Shown here in pieces: positions 1-11,600 of a stretch of 64,000 nt of DNA. This stretch comes from Planctomycetota bacterium. Lineage in GTDB: Bacteria > Planctomycetota > SZUA-567 > H5-PLA8. Both the position numbers and the translations under genes were made by a program. The notes under the pieces were generated by a model. The model searched no databases. It saw nothing but the letters and a program-made list of their open reading frames with translations, and was not told where the DNA came from. Each line of letters starts with the position of its first letter. The stretch's first letter is position 1. Location: assembly GCA_045863855.1 (NCBI GenBank), contig BTVV01000004.1, positions 32,001 through 96,000 of the forward strand. Reading direction: 5' to 3'.

Positions 1-232
1 GTTGCAGGAAGCTGCGCGAGTATCCGCGAAAGCGGAGTTGGAGGTATTTATCCAGTCGCCTCGGCGCGCCGGGACGCAGTTGCCCGATCTCGAACTCGTA
101 GCACTCCGGCCCGCCGCGTCGCGCGCGGGGGAAATCGAACTTCGTCTTCAGGCCGTGCGGTCGAACCCAAACCGGTTCGCCGTCTTCGCCCATCTCGAGC
201 CGCTCGGCATTGGAAGGATGCGACGCGCCCAT
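1..232 (-). CDS. RluA/RluD-family pseudouridine synthase, N-terminal part with S4 domain (runs off the window start)
   Basis: Not in the ORF track because no stop lies inside the window. Manual translation from ATG at 232 gives MGASHPSNAERLEMGEDGEPVWVRPHGLKTKFDFPRARRGGPECYEFEIGQLRPGAPRRLDKYLQLRFRGYSRSFLQ; RLDKYL...YSRSxLQ is the S4-domain signature typical of RluD/RluC. Start uncertain (alternative ATG at 193). Confidence 0.65.
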   Translation of the reverse strand, partial: MGASHPSNAERLEMGEDGEPVWVRPHGLKTKFDFPRARRGGPECYEFEIGQLRPGAPRRLDKYLQLRFRGYSRSFLQ

Positions 233-430
233 GTCCGGTTCCACCGCGAACGCGCCGACCGCGCGCTCCGACACCCGTATGGTACCCGGGAGTCTGCGGG
301 CGCGCTCAGCCAAGCCGTGGATGGCGCCGGACCGGGTTACTTCAATATAGCTTCCATCGCCGCGCGCTGTGGGTGCCCCGGATGCAGATCCAACGCCCGC
401 CTGAGGAACTTACGGCGCTCCCTGCGAGAT

Positions 431-2059
431 TCAGGGCATTGCGTGTTTCGGTCCGCTTTCGCCCGGTTTACGCATGCCGGCTTGGATGCAGGCTTCCTTT
501 AAGCGGCGTTTATCCGCTTCGGCAAGTTCCAGAATCTGCAAGCCCAATACCCACGCGCCGGGCGAATCGGGTTCGTTGGTTTTCACGAAGCGTAAGCTGC
601 ACAGGCATTTCACCGGCTGCGGCTCGATCAACACCGTCATGCTCACGCATAACCCGCGGCGGCGGAGGTCTTCGGGAGAGCCCAAGCCCGGATCGGGGCC
701 TTCGATCGAGAATCCGCCTTCGCTGATGTCCACCGTGCGGCCCTGGCATTCGGCGTCGGCGACGACCCGGCCCAAGCGGTTACAGAATTGGTAACGCACC
801 GGGAATTCGCAGCGATAGCGCATGTGGCGGCGTTCGTTGCGCTTTTCCTTGGGTCGCAGTTGATCGATCGCGAGCAGCACCAGGTCTTCCTGAGCGAGGA
901 ATATTTCGATATGCCTCTGCGAGATGCGTTCCATCTCTTCGAGCACGTCGGCGGGCAGCGGATTGGCCACGGCGATGCAGAGTACTCGGCGCGATTCGTC
1001 GAAGGGCACGAACTCATGCCGCTGCATCATCGGAAACGGAAAGACATGCGCCAAGGACTCTGGAATTTCTGCGCCCTGCAGGTCGGTCATCGGCAATCCG
1101 GACTGCAAAGCCAGCGCACGGCAGAGTTCGTCGGGCTGGATCAACCCTTCTCGAAGCAAGTAGCGGCCTAAGCGTTCGCCCGAAAAACGCGAACGCTCGA
1201 CGGCGGCAGCGATTTCGTCGTCGCCGAGCTTGCCCATGTGGACCAGTATTTCTCCGACGCGCTTGCCGCGAAAGGGATCGGCAGCGCGCGGTTCAACATC
1301 TTCTTCGGCCAAAGGCGGCGGAGGCGGGGGCGCGAGCGGCGAACCATCCGATTCGCTCGCGGCCTCCGTAGCTTCCGGCACTTCGGACGGAGGCGGATCC
1401 GGAGGAGTTTCCCGCGGCTGAAGAGCGTGCAATTCCGCAGCTGCTTCGGCAGGGCTCAATTCTTCCAAGGCCGGATACCCGGCCGGTGCGGCGTGGAGGC
1501 TGGCGTTGGTAGAAGGAACGGCCGGCGTGCGCGTGCCGCTGACCGGCGCGGGCGGCACATCCGGACGCGCACGGTCCCCGCGTTCGACGCGCGTCGTGGT
1601 CGTCGAGCCTTTGGTGCTGGCCCCCACCAGATAGGCCGCCGAATCGACCACCTTGCCGGTGCCGAACGCGTCGCGAACCTTGTCGGTGGCGAAAAAGAGC
1701 ATCACCTTCTGAAGCAACTCGCGCTGCTCGCGCGAGACGTTGCGGAACTGCAAGCCTAGTTCCATGCCGCCGCCGGCGGTGGGATCCAAGCGGCGGATCT
1801 CGACTTCTAACGGCACATTCCTGAGATGGGGCGGACAGGTGAGTTCGATGTTCAGCGGACGCTGCGGCCCGAGCACGCGTTTCCATGCATCGGCGACGGC
1901 GGCATCCAAGGCGTGCAGCGGCGCGAGGCAGCGGCAGCCGCCTTCGCTCATATCCAACAAGTTACAAGCTACGGAGGGAACCCCTCCGTAACGCAGCAGC
2001 ACGATGCCATCGCCCACCCGGAGGCGGACGTTGGTCCTGAGCCGCTCTTCTTTGCTCAT
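431..2059 (-). CDS. PilZ - Pro-rich linker - MshEN/GspE_N - PilZ multidomain c-di-GMP receptor-like protein (542 aa)
   Basis: N-terminal RTNVR...DMSEGG and C-terminal RRHMR...DISEGG (PilZ RxxxR + DxSxxG); central RVGEILVHMGKL...RLGRYLLREGLIQPDELCRALALQ (MshEN tandem motif) followed by the GspE N-terminal subdomain (FVPF...IAVANP); no ATPase domain. Confidence 0.85.
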   Translation of the reverse strand: MSKEERLRTNVRLRVGDGIVLLRYGGVPSVACNLLDMSEGGCRCLAPLHALDAAVADAWKRVLGPQRPLNIELTCPPHLRNVPLEVEIRRLDPTAGGGMELGLQFRNVSREQRELLQKVMLFFATDKVRDAFGTGKVVDSAAYLVGASTKGSTTTTRVERGDRARPDVPPAPVSGTRTPAVPSTNASLHAAPAGYPALEELSPAEAAAELHALQPRETPPDPPPSEVPEATEAASESDGSPLAPPPPPPLAEEDVEPRAADPFRGKRVGEILVHMGKLGDDEIAAAVERSRFSGERLGRYLLREGLIQPDELCRALALQSGLPMTDLQGAEIPESLAHVFPFPMMQRHEFVPFDESRRVLCIAVANPLPADVLEEMERISQRHIEIFLAQEDLVLLAIDQLRPKEKRNERRHMRYRCEFPVRYQFCNRLGRVVADAECQGRTVDISEGGFSIEGPDPGLGSPEDLRRRGLCVSMTVLIEPQPVKCLCSLRFVKTNEPDSPGAWVLGLQILELAEADKRRLKEACIQAGMRKPGESGPKHAMP

Positions 2060-2198
2060 GCGCTCGTAAGCCGCTCCCCCGGCAGGCCGCTGCGGCGCAG
2101 ACCGGTCCCATCAGGATAGCGCGCTAAGTGAAGGTGTACAACCGTCTTGCGGAAGGGTCCGGCGGCGGTTCGCGCCACCGCAGGACCGGTTCAGGGGA

Positions 2199-2942
2199 TC
2201 AACCAAGCAGCTTGGCGAGAAGAAATTCCCGATTGAGCCGCGCGATGTTGTCGAGGCTGATGGATTTCGGGCACTCGGCCTCGCAGGCGCCGGTATTGGT
2301 GCAGTTTCCGAACCCGACTTCGTCCATGGTCTGGACCATAGATTTCACGCGCTTGCGGCTTTCGGGCTGGCCCTGGGGCAGCAGCGCGAGGTGGCTGACC
2401 TTGGCGCTGACGAAGAGCATGGCGCTGGCGTTCTTGCACGCGGCTACGCAGGCCCCGCAGCCGATGCAGGCCGCCGCATCCATCGCTCGTTCGGCGTCGT
2501 CCTTCGGGACCGGCAGACCATTGGCGTCGGGCGCGTTGCCTGTGTTGATGCTGATGAAGCCGCCGGCTTGGATGATTTTGTCGAAAGCGCTGCGGTCGAC
2601 CACCAGATCGCGCACGACCGGGAAGGCCTGAGCGCGCCAAGGCTCGAGCGTCAAGGTGTCGCCGTCCCGGAAGTTGCGCATGTAGAGCTGGCAGGTGGTG
2701 ACCGCGTTGCGCGGGCCGTGCGGGCGGCCGTTGATGGCGATACCGCATGTTCCGCAGATACCTTCGCGGCAATCGTGGTCGAACGCGATGGGCTCTTCGC
2801 CCTTCGCTTCCATCTCGTTATTGACCACGTCCAGCATCTCGAGGAACGAAGCGTCCGGCGAAATGTCCTTGGCCTGATAGGTCACGAACTGCCCGGAGCT
2901 TTGCCCGTTCTTCTGGCGCCACACGTTCAAGGTGAAGTTCAT
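2199..2942 (-). CDS. sdhB: Succinate dehydrogenase/fumarate reductase iron-sulfur subunit
   Basis: CREGICGTC...[12 protein letters not shown] and [12 protein letters not shown]e-S motifs; downstream of the flavoprotein gene. Confidence 0.97.
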   Translation of the reverse strand: MNFTLNVWRQKNGQSSGQFVTYQAKDISPDASFLEMLDVVNNEMEAKGEEPIAFDHDCREGICGTCGIAINGRPHGPRNAVTTCQLYMRNFRDGDTLTLEPWRAQAFPVVRDLVVDRSAFDKIIQAGGFISINTGNAPDANGLPVPKDDAERAMDAAACIGCGACVAACKNASAMLFVSAKVSHLALLPQGQPESRKRVKSMVQTMDEVGFGNCTNTGACEAECPKSISLDNIARLNREFLLAKLLG

Positions 2943-2984
2943 CGCGTTCTCTCCCGGACCGCGCCGCTGCGCGAACCGATGGCC

Positions 2985-4898
2985 TTACTTGTAACTGCGC
3001 ACGCTTAACGGAACGTGCTCGAACTCGAGCTTCTCGATGTTGCGCAGGGGCTTCTGCCCCTCGCCTTGGTACTCCCATGCCGCAACGTGGCAGAAATTTT
3101 CATCGTCGCGCTGGCATTCGCCTTCGGCGGTCTGGAACTCTTCGCGGAAATGCCCGCCGCACGACTCGCGCCGCTCAAGTGCGTCCCGCGCGGTCAGTTC
3201 GCCAAATTCCAGGAAATCGGCCACACGGCCGGCCCGCTCAAGCGCTTGGTTCAGATCGGCGTCGCTACCCGGCACGTTAACGTTCTGCCAGAATTCCTCC
3301 CGCAGCGCGGGTACTTTCTGGAGCAGCTCGTTCAGACCCTTTTCGTTGCGCGCCATGCCGCAATGTTCCCACATCAGCAGGCCCAGCTCTTTATGGAAGC
3401 TGTCCACGGTGCGCTTGCCTTTGATCGTGAGCAGCTTCTTGTTCATGCCGACGACCTTGTTTTCGGCATCCTTGAAGGCCGCATGTTCGGTATCGACCTT
3501 GCCGGGCTTGGCGCTCGTGAGGTAATGGCCGAGCGTGTAGGGAATGATGAAGTAACCGTCAGCGAGGCCCTGCATGAGGGCGCTGGCGCCCAGGCGGTTC
3601 GCGCCGTGATCGCTGAAGTTGGCTTCGCCCAGCACGAAGCAGCCCGGAATGGTGCTCTGCAAGTGGTAATCGACCCACAGCCCACCCATCGTGTAGTGCA
3701 CGGCGGGGTAGATGCGCATGGGCTGCTCGTAGCCGTCTTCGTTGGTGATGTTGTGGTACATCTCGAAAAGTTCTTTGTACTTCTCTTCGAGCTTCTTGCG
3801 GCCCTGGGTCTTGAGCGCATCGCGGAAATCGAGATACACGCCGCGCCCACCGGGACCGACGCCGCGGCCGGCATCGCATTGTTCTTTCGCGGCTCGGCTG
3901 GAGATGTCACGGGGCGCCAAGTTGCCGTAGGTCGGATATTTCCGTTCGAGGTAGTAATCGCGTTCGGCATCGGGAATCTGATTCGCCGGACGCTTGTCGC
4001 CAGCCTGCTTGGGCACCCAGACGCGGCCGTCGTTGCGCAGCGACTCGGACATCAGCGTCAGCTTGGACTGGTAGTCGCCGCTGACGGGGATGCAGGTCGG
4101 GTGAATCTGCGTGTAGCAGGGGTTGGCCATGCAAGCGCCGCGCTTGTACGCGCGCCAGATCGCGGAGACGTTGCAGCCCTTCGCGTTGGTCGAGAGATAG
4201 AATAGATTGCCGTAGCCGCCGGTGCAGAGCAGCACTGCATCGCCCAGCCAACGTTCGACTTTGCCGGTGACCATGTCGCGGGTGATGATGCCGCGCGCGT
4301 GCCCATCGGCGACAACCACGTCGAGCATCTCGTGGCGCGTATGGCTCTTCACCTTGCCCGCGGCGACCTGGCGCATCAACGCCTGGTACGCTCCGAGCAA
4401 CAGTTGCTGACCGGTCTGGCCACGCGCATAGAACGTGCGGCTGACGAGCGCGCCGCCGAAGGAGCGGTTGGCCAGGAGTCCGCCGTACTCGCGGGCAAAC
4501 GGCACGCCCTGCGCGACGCACTGGTCGATGATGTTCACGCTGATCTCGGCGAGGCGGTGGATATTGGCCTCGCGCCCGCGCCATTCGCCGCCTTTCACCG
4601 TGTCGTAAAAGAGGCGCCAGACGCTGTCACCGTCGTTCTGGTAGTTTTTGGCCGCATTGATGCCGCCCTGCGCGGCGATGCTGTGCGCGCGACGCGGACT
4701 GTCCTGGTAGCAGAAGGTGTGGACGTTGTAACCCAGCTCCGCGAGCGTCGCCGCGGCGCTGGCGCCGGCCAGCCCGGTGCCGACCACGAGGATCGTGTAT
4801 TTGCGCTTATTCGCCGGGTTGACCAGCTTCATGTTGAAGCGGTGCTGGTCCCACTTCTGCTGGATCGGACCCGGGGGGATTTTGGAGTCGAGTTGCAT
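2985..4898 (-). CDS. sdhA: Succinate dehydrogenase/fumarate reductase flavoprotein subunit
   Basis: GTGLAG Rossmann motif, [10 protein letters not shown] covalent-FAD His, [33 protein letters not shown]. Confidence 0.97.
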   Translation of the reverse strand: MQLDSKIPPGPIQQKWDQHRFNMKLVNPANKRKYTILVVGTGLAGASAAATLAELGYNVHTFCYQDSPRRAHSIAAQGGINAAKNYQNDGDSVWRLFYDTVKGGEWRGREANIHRLAEISVNIIDQCVAQGVPFAREYGGLLANRSFGGALVSRTFYARGQTGQQLLLGAYQALMRQVAAGKVKSHTRHEMLDVVVADGHARGIITRDMVTGKVERWLGDAVLLCTGGYGNLFYLSTNAKGCNVSAIWRAYKRGACMANPCYTQIHPTCIPVSGDYQSKLTLMSESLRNDGRVWVPKQAGDKRPANQIPDAERDYYLERKYPTYGNLAPRDISSRAAKEQCDAGRGVGPGGRGVYLDFRDALKTQGRKKLEEKYKELFEMYHNITNEDGYEQPMRIYPAVHYTMGGLWVDYHLQSTIPGCFVLGEANFSDHGANRLGASALMQGLADGYFIIPYTLGHYLTSAKPGKVDTEHAAFKDAENKVVGMNKKLLTIKGKRTVDSFHKELGLLMWEHCGMARNEKGLNELLQKVPALREEFWQNVNVPGSDADLNQALERAGRVADFLEFGELTARDALERRESCGGHFREEFQTAEGECQRDDENFCHVAAWEYQGEGQKPLRNIEKLEFEHVPLSVRSYK

Positions 4899-4932
4899 GG
4901 CGCGCGAATTTCCTTGCTTAAAATCGAACCGG

Positions 4933-5661
4933 CTAGCGAACCGCTTCCGTCTTCTGAATCAGTTCCTTCACGCCGTCCGGAAGCGGCGTGCGCTTCTTAC
5001 CGCTCAGCAGGCCGAAGAGCGGAAGCACCAGGAAGCCTAAGGCGATACCCCAACCCAGAACCGTGCAGATCTGCTTCACCTTGCGGCGCTTCTCCGGCTT
5101 GATCAGCCCCAGCGTCTGAAAGAGACTCCAAAACCCGTGCGTCAGGTGCGTCCCGAGGATCAGCATCGAGAAGATGTAAAAGAGCGCCACTCCGGGATTG
5201 GCAAACTCGTTCATCACCAGCGCGTACAAACTGCCGCCGAACTCTTCGCGTGGACCGAACTTGAAGCCCCTCACATGCAGGATCACGAAGAGCGCCACGA
5301 GGACACCGCTGACGATCATGAATCGGCTAGGCGCTTCGGATTGATTATCGTTGACGGCGTAGCCTTGGGGACCTCGCGCGGCCTTATTCTCGGCAGTTAG
5401 CTTGATCGCCAGAACCACGTGCACGACAAAAATTGCCGCGAGCCCGATCTCCGCGACGATCAAAAGCGGACCCATCGCTTCCAAGCGCGCGGCATAGCCG
5501 TCGAACGCGGTGCTCCCGCCAAAAAGGAACAGGTTGCCTGCCAGGTGCGTGACCAGGAAGCCGATCAGCGCCAGTCCCGTAAGCGCCACTAGCGTCTTCT
5601 TTAGAATGGAATTCATGCCTCTCCCGCCCACGGAAGGTTTCGGACTCGATGTCGTCGCCAA
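4933..5661 (-). CDS. sdhC: Succinate dehydrogenase cytochrome b558 subunit (single-subunit membrane anchor)
   Basis: Five hydrophobic helices with heme His motifs ([28 protein letters not shown]); first gene of sdhCAB. TTG start at 5661 has an AGGAAGG upstream; alternative ATG at 5616. Confidence 0.92.
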   Translation of the reverse strand: MATTSSPKPSVGGRGMNSILKKTLVALTGLALIGFLVTHLAGNLFLFGGSTAFDGYAARLEAMGPLLIVAEIGLAAIFVVHVVLAIKLTAENKAARGPQGYAVNDNQSEAPSRFMIVSGVLVALFVILHVRGFKFGPREEFGGSLYALVMNEFANPGVALFYIFSMLILGTHLTHGFWSLFQTLGLIKPEKRRKVKQICTVLGWGIALGFLVLPLFGLLSGKKRTPLPDGVKELIQKTEAVR

Positions 5662-5896
5662 GGCTCGCCCTTCCTTTTAGGTTTGAAGGGCACGCGCTGC
5701 AAGCTCCGAACGCTTCATCCAAGCTTTGGTCCTCAAAAGGTTAAGCTAATTTTGAACGAGCCTGAGGCCAGAAGAGCCGCAAGCGCCTAATAATGGAAGG
5801 CGGAAACGAATCCACGAAAGCGGCACGCAAGGCAGGTGCATACGAATCGTTAGCCTTTCGTCGGTTCGTTCTATTTCGAGCACTTGGAAATGCACG

Positions 5897-6175
5897 ATGA
5901 GCGAAACAGCCGAAAATCCACCGCCGGCCTCCACGCCTCGTACCGACAAGCGGACGGCTAAACCTTCAACCGCACCCCCGACCTCAGACAACCGCTTCGC
6001 GGCTTCTACGCCTCCGTTCACCCGAGCGGTAGGGATCTTCATCCTTTTCTGTGCGCTGGGAGTTTGTGGATACGCGCTCTATACGCAGCAATGGTTTCAC
6101 GGGGCGGCGGTATTAGTGGGCGGCGGCTACTTGGGTCTTCGGCTCAGTGGCCGCCTGCCCAAGCGCAAAGCCTGA
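5897..6175 (+). CDS. Small membrane protein (92 aa, two C-terminal TM helices), function unknown
   Basis: Pro/Thr-rich N-terminus followed by two hydrophobic segments and a basic tail; occupies the gap divergent from sdhC. Confidence 0.65.
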   Translation: MSETAENPPPASTPRTDKRTAKPSTAPPTSDNRFAASTPPFTRAVGIFILFCALGVCGYALYTQQWFHGAAVLVGGGYLGLRLSGRLPKRKA

Positions 6176-6256
6176 AGCTTCAGGCATGTCCGGCGTTCGC
6201 CACATTTCCAAGTCTTGGGTATGCTGAACGCTCTTCCTGGCGCGGAGCGTCTGACC

Positions 6257-7870
6257 ATGGGCACTCTCACTTTCGATTGGCTGATTCGCGGCGCTCGCGT
6301 CATCGACGGGACCGGCAGTCCGTGGTTCCGTGGTGATGTTGCACTGACAGGCGATCGGATCGCCGCGGTCATGCCGATGGGCCTGTTGTCGCCATCGGAT
6401 GCGCGGGAAGTGTTCGACGCCCAGGACCGAGCCGTAGCACCGGGCTTCATCGATTTGCAGAGCCACTCGATCACGTCCCTGATGGCGGATGGGCGCTGCG
6501 TTTCGAAGCTGCTGCAGGGCGTGACCACCGAGATCATGGGCGAAACGTGGGTGCCCGCCCCGCACGGCGGCAAATGCAATGCGCTGCCGGGCGAATGGAA
6601 AGATCGCGCGAAGCATTGGACGCGCTTCCGGCACTGGTTCGACGATCTGGTCGGCCGTGGCGTGGGACCGAACGTCGGTTCGTTCATGGCCGCCGGCACG
6701 CTGCGCAGTTTGGCCTGTGGGATGCGCATGGGCCGGGCGAATGAAACGGAACTGGAACGGCAGCGGCAGTTGATGGCCGAGACGATGCGCGATGGCGCGT
6801 TCGGGATCAGCTACGCGCTCATCTATCCACCCGATACTTATGTGGAGTTGGACGAAATCGTGGAAGTCTCCGCCGTGGCCGCCCGATACGGCGGCGTTTA
6901 CATCACGCATATGCGCTCTGAAAGCGACAAGCTGCTGGAAGGCCTGGACGAAGCGTTCGTGATCGGCCGGCGCGCGAGCATTCCGGTGGAAGTGTACCAT
7001 TTGAAAGCCGCGGGCAAGAAAAACTGGCATCTGATGCCGCAGGCCATTGCGCGCATCGAGGCCGCACGCTCGACCGGCCAGGACGTGACCGCTTGCATGT
7101 ACCCGTACATCGCGAGCGGCACGGGATTGAGCGCGATGGTTCCGAGTTGGGCGCACGCCGACGACCGGCTGTACGCGAACCTGCGCGACCCGGCGGTGCG
7201 CGCGACGATCCGCGCGGAGATGCTGAAAACCTATGGCGGAGGCGCGGAACTGGGTGCACGCGCCGAGGGCATTATGCCCGTGGGATTCACGCTTCCCGAG
7301 CATAAGGGCTATCCCGGAAAACGGCTTTCCGCCATCGCGGCGCTTCGCAAACAGGACTGGATCGACGCGCTGCTGGATCTGCTTGCCGCTGAAGAGCAAA
7401 GCATCTTCACCATGTATTTCAGCATGAGCGAGAAGAACCTGCGGCTGCAGTTGCAGCAGCCCTGGATCAAGATCGCCAGCGACGCCGGTGGGCACGATCC
7501 GGCGGGATCAGAAACGCGCAATCCCACGCACCCGCGCGCGTACGGCACGTTCACGCGCGTGCTGGGGCATTACGCGCGGGATCAGGGCGTGCTGACGATC
7601 GAGGATGCGGTGCGCAAGATGACCGGAGCGGTGGCCGCGCGGCTAAGCCTCACCGACCGCGGCTACCTCCGTCCGGGCGCGTTCGCCGACGTGACGCTGT
7701 TCGATCCGGAAACCGTCGCCGACCGAGCGACGTTCGAAGAGACGCACCGAGCTTCGGTAGGCGTGCATGAAGTCTGGGTCAACGGGATCCGCGTCGTCTC
7801 GCAGGGAGCCGTGACTGGCACGCTTCCGGGGCGCTTCGTAACCGGGCCCGGCTATACGGGGCAACCCTGA
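6257..7870 (+). CDS. D-aminoacylase / N-acyl-D-amino-acid deacylase-like amidohydrolase
   Basis: LIRGARVIDGTG, APGFIDLQSHS, YITHMRSE, VYHLK, ASDAG, HPRAYGTFTRVLG, RGYLRPGAFADVTLFDP. ATG at 6257 is preceded by GGAG (ORF track start 6215). Confidence 0.9.
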   Translation: MGTLTFDWLIRGARVIDGTGSPWFRGDVALTGDRIAAVMPMGLLSPSDAREVFDAQDRAVAPGFIDLQSHSITSLMADGRCVSKLLQGVTTEIMGETWVPAPHGGKCNALPGEWKDRAKHWTRFRHWFDDLVGRGVGPNVGSFMAAGTLRSLACGMRMGRANETELERQRQLMAETMRDGAFGISYALIYPPDTYVELDEIVEVSAVAARYGGVYITHMRSESDKLLEGLDEAFVIGRRASIPVEVYHLKAAGKKNWHLMPQAIARIEAARSTGQDVTACMYPYIASGTGLSAMVPSWAHADDRLYANLRDPAVRATIRAEMLKTYGGGAELGARAEGIMPVGFTLPEHKGYPGKRLSAIAALRKQDWIDALLDLLAAEEQSIFTMYFSMSEKNLRLQLQQPWIKIASDAGGHDPAGSETRNPTHPRAYGTFTRVLGHYARDQGVLTIEDAVRKMTGAVAARLSLTDRGYLRPGAFADVTLFDPETVADRATFEETHRASVGVHEVWVNGIRVVSQGAVTGTLPGRFVTGPGYTGQP

Positions 7871-8622
7871 TGCCGCTTCGACTCGATCGAATGGGCTTGG
7901 AGTTGTACGTTTTCGGTTCCGACGGCGGAAACGCGGAGGCGTTGGACCGGCGCATTTTGCCGGAGCTTCGCGCGTACGGATACGAATGCATCGAGGGCTT
8001 CGCGAAGCCGGACGGCCTGGGCGAACTGGCGCGACGGCACGGTCTGCGGTTGGCGGGCGTGCACGCCAGCACTTCGGCCCTGCAATCGCTGGCCGACCTG
8101 ACTCGGTTCGCGAAAGCCAACGGCTCGCACGATCTCTGCGTCTCGGGTCCGCTATCCTGGAACGCACGCGGATTGAGCGACTATCTCGCCACCGCAAAGG
8201 TATTGAACGAGGCCGGATCCCGGCTCAGCGCCGATGGCCTGCGCGTGCACTACCATAACCACGAATTCGAGTTCACTCCGCTGGACGGTTCGCGTACGGC
8301 CTTCGATGTGCTGATGGAGGCCACGGATTCGAATGCGGTGAGCGTCTGCGTCGACGTGGGCTGGGCTTGGGCGGCGGGCGCCGACGTACCCGCGCTGCTT
8401 GCGCGGTACGGACCGCGAATCGGCTTCGTTCATTTGCGAGACTTCGCTCGCGGACGCTCGGTCGCTCTGGGGGCCGGCGAAGTCAACCTGCGCGTACAAC
8501 TCGAAGCGATCGCAAACCTGCCGAACTTACGTGAACTTATCGTGGAGCACGATCCCACCACCGCCGATCCCTTGGGCGCGATGCGCGAAAGCCTCGAGTG
8601 GCTTCGCAATGCGTTATCTTAG
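7870..8622 (+). CDS. Sugar-phosphate isomerase/epimerase (xylose isomerase-like TIM barrel)
   Basis: YHNHEFEF, VDVGWA, HLRD, GAGEVN, IVEHD motifs; TGATG coupling to the upstream amidohydrolase. Confidence 0.85.
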   Translation: MPLRLDRMGLELYVFGSDGGNAEALDRRILPELRAYGYECIEGFAKPDGLGELARRHGLRLAGVHASTSALQSLADLTRFAKANGSHDLCVSGPLSWNARGLSDYLATAKVLNEAGSRLSADGLRVHYHNHEFEFTPLDGSRTAFDVLMEATDSNAVSVCVDVGWAWAAGADVPALLARYGPRIGFVHLRDFARGRSVALGAGEVNLRVQLEAIANLPNLRELIVEHDPTTADPLGAMRESLEWLRNALS

Positions 8623-8629
8623 AACGAAC

Positions 8630-11600
8630 CTAAGGCTGCGGTGAGGGTCCGGCCGTCGGCGCCCAGACGACCGGGCCGCCGTGATATTCCAGAAACACCT
8701 GCGCGCCGAAGTTCTGATCCTCGTGTACGTAAACTCTCTGCATGAAGAGCGTTCGATCGTACGCAAGGATGGCGTTGATCGGAGCGTTGAATTCCGGCGG
8801 CTTGAAACGATCGTCCGTTTTCCCGTCGGCCTGCCGCAAGACCGCGGGACCGGCCGAAGTGGGAAACAGCAGTTGAGAGCGCGTCGCGATCGGTTGCCCG
8901 AGAAGCCGGCCTGGCAAGGGGGCCATCCAGCGCACCCCTCCGTCCGTATCCAACCACGCGGCTTCGCCTTGCTCGCTGGCGAAACAGATGCCTTGCGGGG
9001 TGACGACGGGGCCGATCGAGTGGTATCCGCTTAGCTCGCGCTTCCAAAATTCGCGTCCGGTGCGGAGATCGAATGCGTGCGCGACGCCCTTCTCGTCGCC
9101 AAGATAGATGCGATCATGAAAGATTGCGGGCGTCGCCCGCGTATGCGGCGCAATGGGCGCGCGCCATGCGGCTTGGCCTTCTTCGGCGCGAACGGCGATC
9201 AACTCGCCATTCCCGCTGGCGAAGACCACCAATCCGCCAGCGACCGCCGGTCCGCCGCGAATTTTTCCGCCCGCCGAAAACTCCCAAATTACGGTTCCCG
9301 AGTGCACGTCCACTTTGTAAAGCGTTCCGTCATCGGACCCGAAGTAGAGATCGTCCCCCACCGGCGCGGGCGAACTGTACACGCGCCCTCCGGTCTTGAA
9401 GCCCCACAGGTAGGTTCCGTTGTCGGCGACCGCGTGAAGCTTCCCGTCGGCCGAACCCACAAATAGCCGCCGCGCATAGCGCGCGGGCGTGGACGTGGGC
9501 GTGATGGAAGCCAGTCCCCAAGCAGGTCCTTGGACGAAGGCATCGCTCTTGCGCTTGTTTTTCTTTTCCTCGACAGCGCTTTCCGTGCGCCGGTCGGCGA
9601 TCGAGCGAATGGCGCCTCCCGCTTCACCGAAGGTGAACACTCGGTCCACGTACGTCGCGCCGACCTGAAAGGCCGGTGTGGCGCCGATGCGGTTGGTATT
9701 CTGCTCGGTATACGCTCCCGTCACGTCCTCGGGAAACGCATCGGGCACCCTTCGTGGATTGGCCAGGAGCATGGGAAAAGCCAGCGGATCCGTGGTTCCG
9801 GCGAGCGGCGCGTCTTCGCCGTCCAGAGGGCCGTAGAGTTCCACTTCGGTAAGGCTTTCGTGGCGTCCCGGATGTTTGCCCGGAAGAATCTTGATCGCAT
9901 CGGTGAGCATCGGTTTCGGCAGGCGCACCACCACGAAGCGCCGGCTGTTGCCCTTCACCAGCGCGATCGTTTTGGGCACCGGCGGCTGCGCTTCCAAGTC
10001 ATTGGCAAGAATGCAAAGGTGCCGGTACGCGTTCTCGGGATTCGCGTTGTTCAGGTACAGGACGATATGCGAAATGAATGCAGGCTTGGCGAGGACGGCG
10101 CTGAAACCCATCGCGCGCGGCGGATAGGTCCAGATCGGGCCGACATCGTCAAGCCGTCCGTTGTGCAGGTAAGCCTGTTCTTCGACGAATTTCTGCGTGC
10201 CGGTTGTGGTCCCCGGAGCAAAGACCACCATGTGGTTGCGCGAAGCGAGACGCTTGGAAAGTTCGGGAGCGATGCGGTTGTACTGCACCCGAATGTCCTT
10301 CACGTACGTGGGCTCCACCGCGTGTAGTTCAGCATCGGCCAAGAGATTCGAAGACGGAAAGCGAACCGCGCGCAGGCTTACCGCGTCGACCAGCACCTCG
10401 CCGCCCACGGCTTCCAGACCTATCGTCAAGCCTTTGGTCTCGGCGTACGACTTGACCGCTAAGCGGCCGAACAACCATTCGCCGGTCACGCCACCGAAGC
10501 GCGAAACGGTAAATGTCTCCTTCTCCCCGGCCAGAGCGCCGCCGGCCACGAGCGCGGCTTGCGGCGAACTCAGCTTGTAACGAAACTCAAGCAGGTAAGT
10601 TGCTGACGGAATCGCTTTGCGCGGCAGCTTCTGCGTAACCGGCGTTCCGGGCAGCAGCCGCAAGGCGCGATTGCCGTCCAAACCTGGCTCTAAATAGGCC
10701 GGCGCACTCCCCTCGGCCTGCCAGCCTCCGTTCCCTTCGAAACTCGGCTGCTCGAGTTGCTCGACACCCAAGCGTAGCAGGGTGTCGTAATCGCCGGGCC
10801 GGTCGACGCTGAGCGGGAAGAATTCTTCGGTGCTGTCGCGATCGCGGCGCAGGGTTTGCCTGACGAATTGCGCATAGGGCAGATCGGGATACTCGACCAG
10901 ATCGCGCAGGCGGACGCGCCAAACTTGCTTGCCCGAAGCGTCGAACTTAACGACATCCCCGTTGATGGCTCCCGCCAGGAGCCCTTCGGTCAATGGGAGC
11001 AGCCGCGCGCTGAACGGCATGCGCGCTTCCCAAGCCGGTTTTCCAGACTCGAGATCGAGCGCCATGACCGCGCCATCTCGATCGCAACGGTACACCCGGC
11101 CGGACTTGGCGTCCATGCGATCGAGGCTCGGCATCCAGACGCGTGCATCGCGGTAGGTCCACATAGGTTTCCCGTTTGGCGCGCGGCGCGTGACTTCATA
11201 CAGGCCGAACTCCAACGCGCTGCCATCGGCAAGAGTCTGGCCAGGACTTGGAGTAAGCGTGCCGAGCTTTCCGTCTAAAGGCCAAAGCGTCCACTGGCTG
11301 CCGGTGACGATGCGCGGCCATTCCTCACCGGCGTTCCAGGCCAGCGAGAAGTGACCGGATTCGATACTCTCCGCGCGCTCGTCGGCCAACTGGGCGATGC
11401 GTTCGCCCGTGCGCGCATGGAAGATTTCAGGTTCGAATCGCCATACCGTATAAATGTAAACGCCCATCTTGGTGGTGCCGGCGTTGCGCGACTGTCCCAA
11501 GGCGATTTTCTCGCCGTCCGGCGAAATCACCACATTGCCAAGATTTAGCGTGCTGGGGAATTGCGCGGCTCCCCGTTGATCGGCTTCTTTCGGGTACGCC

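Noticed and set aside
2..502. 166-aa + strand ORF at the window start
   Set aside because: The minus strand encodes a recognisable S4-domain N-terminus here; the + ORF has no motifs.
2199..5661. Three-subunit sdhCAB without sdhD
   Set aside because: This is the normal single-anchor (cytochrome b558) type, not a gene loss.
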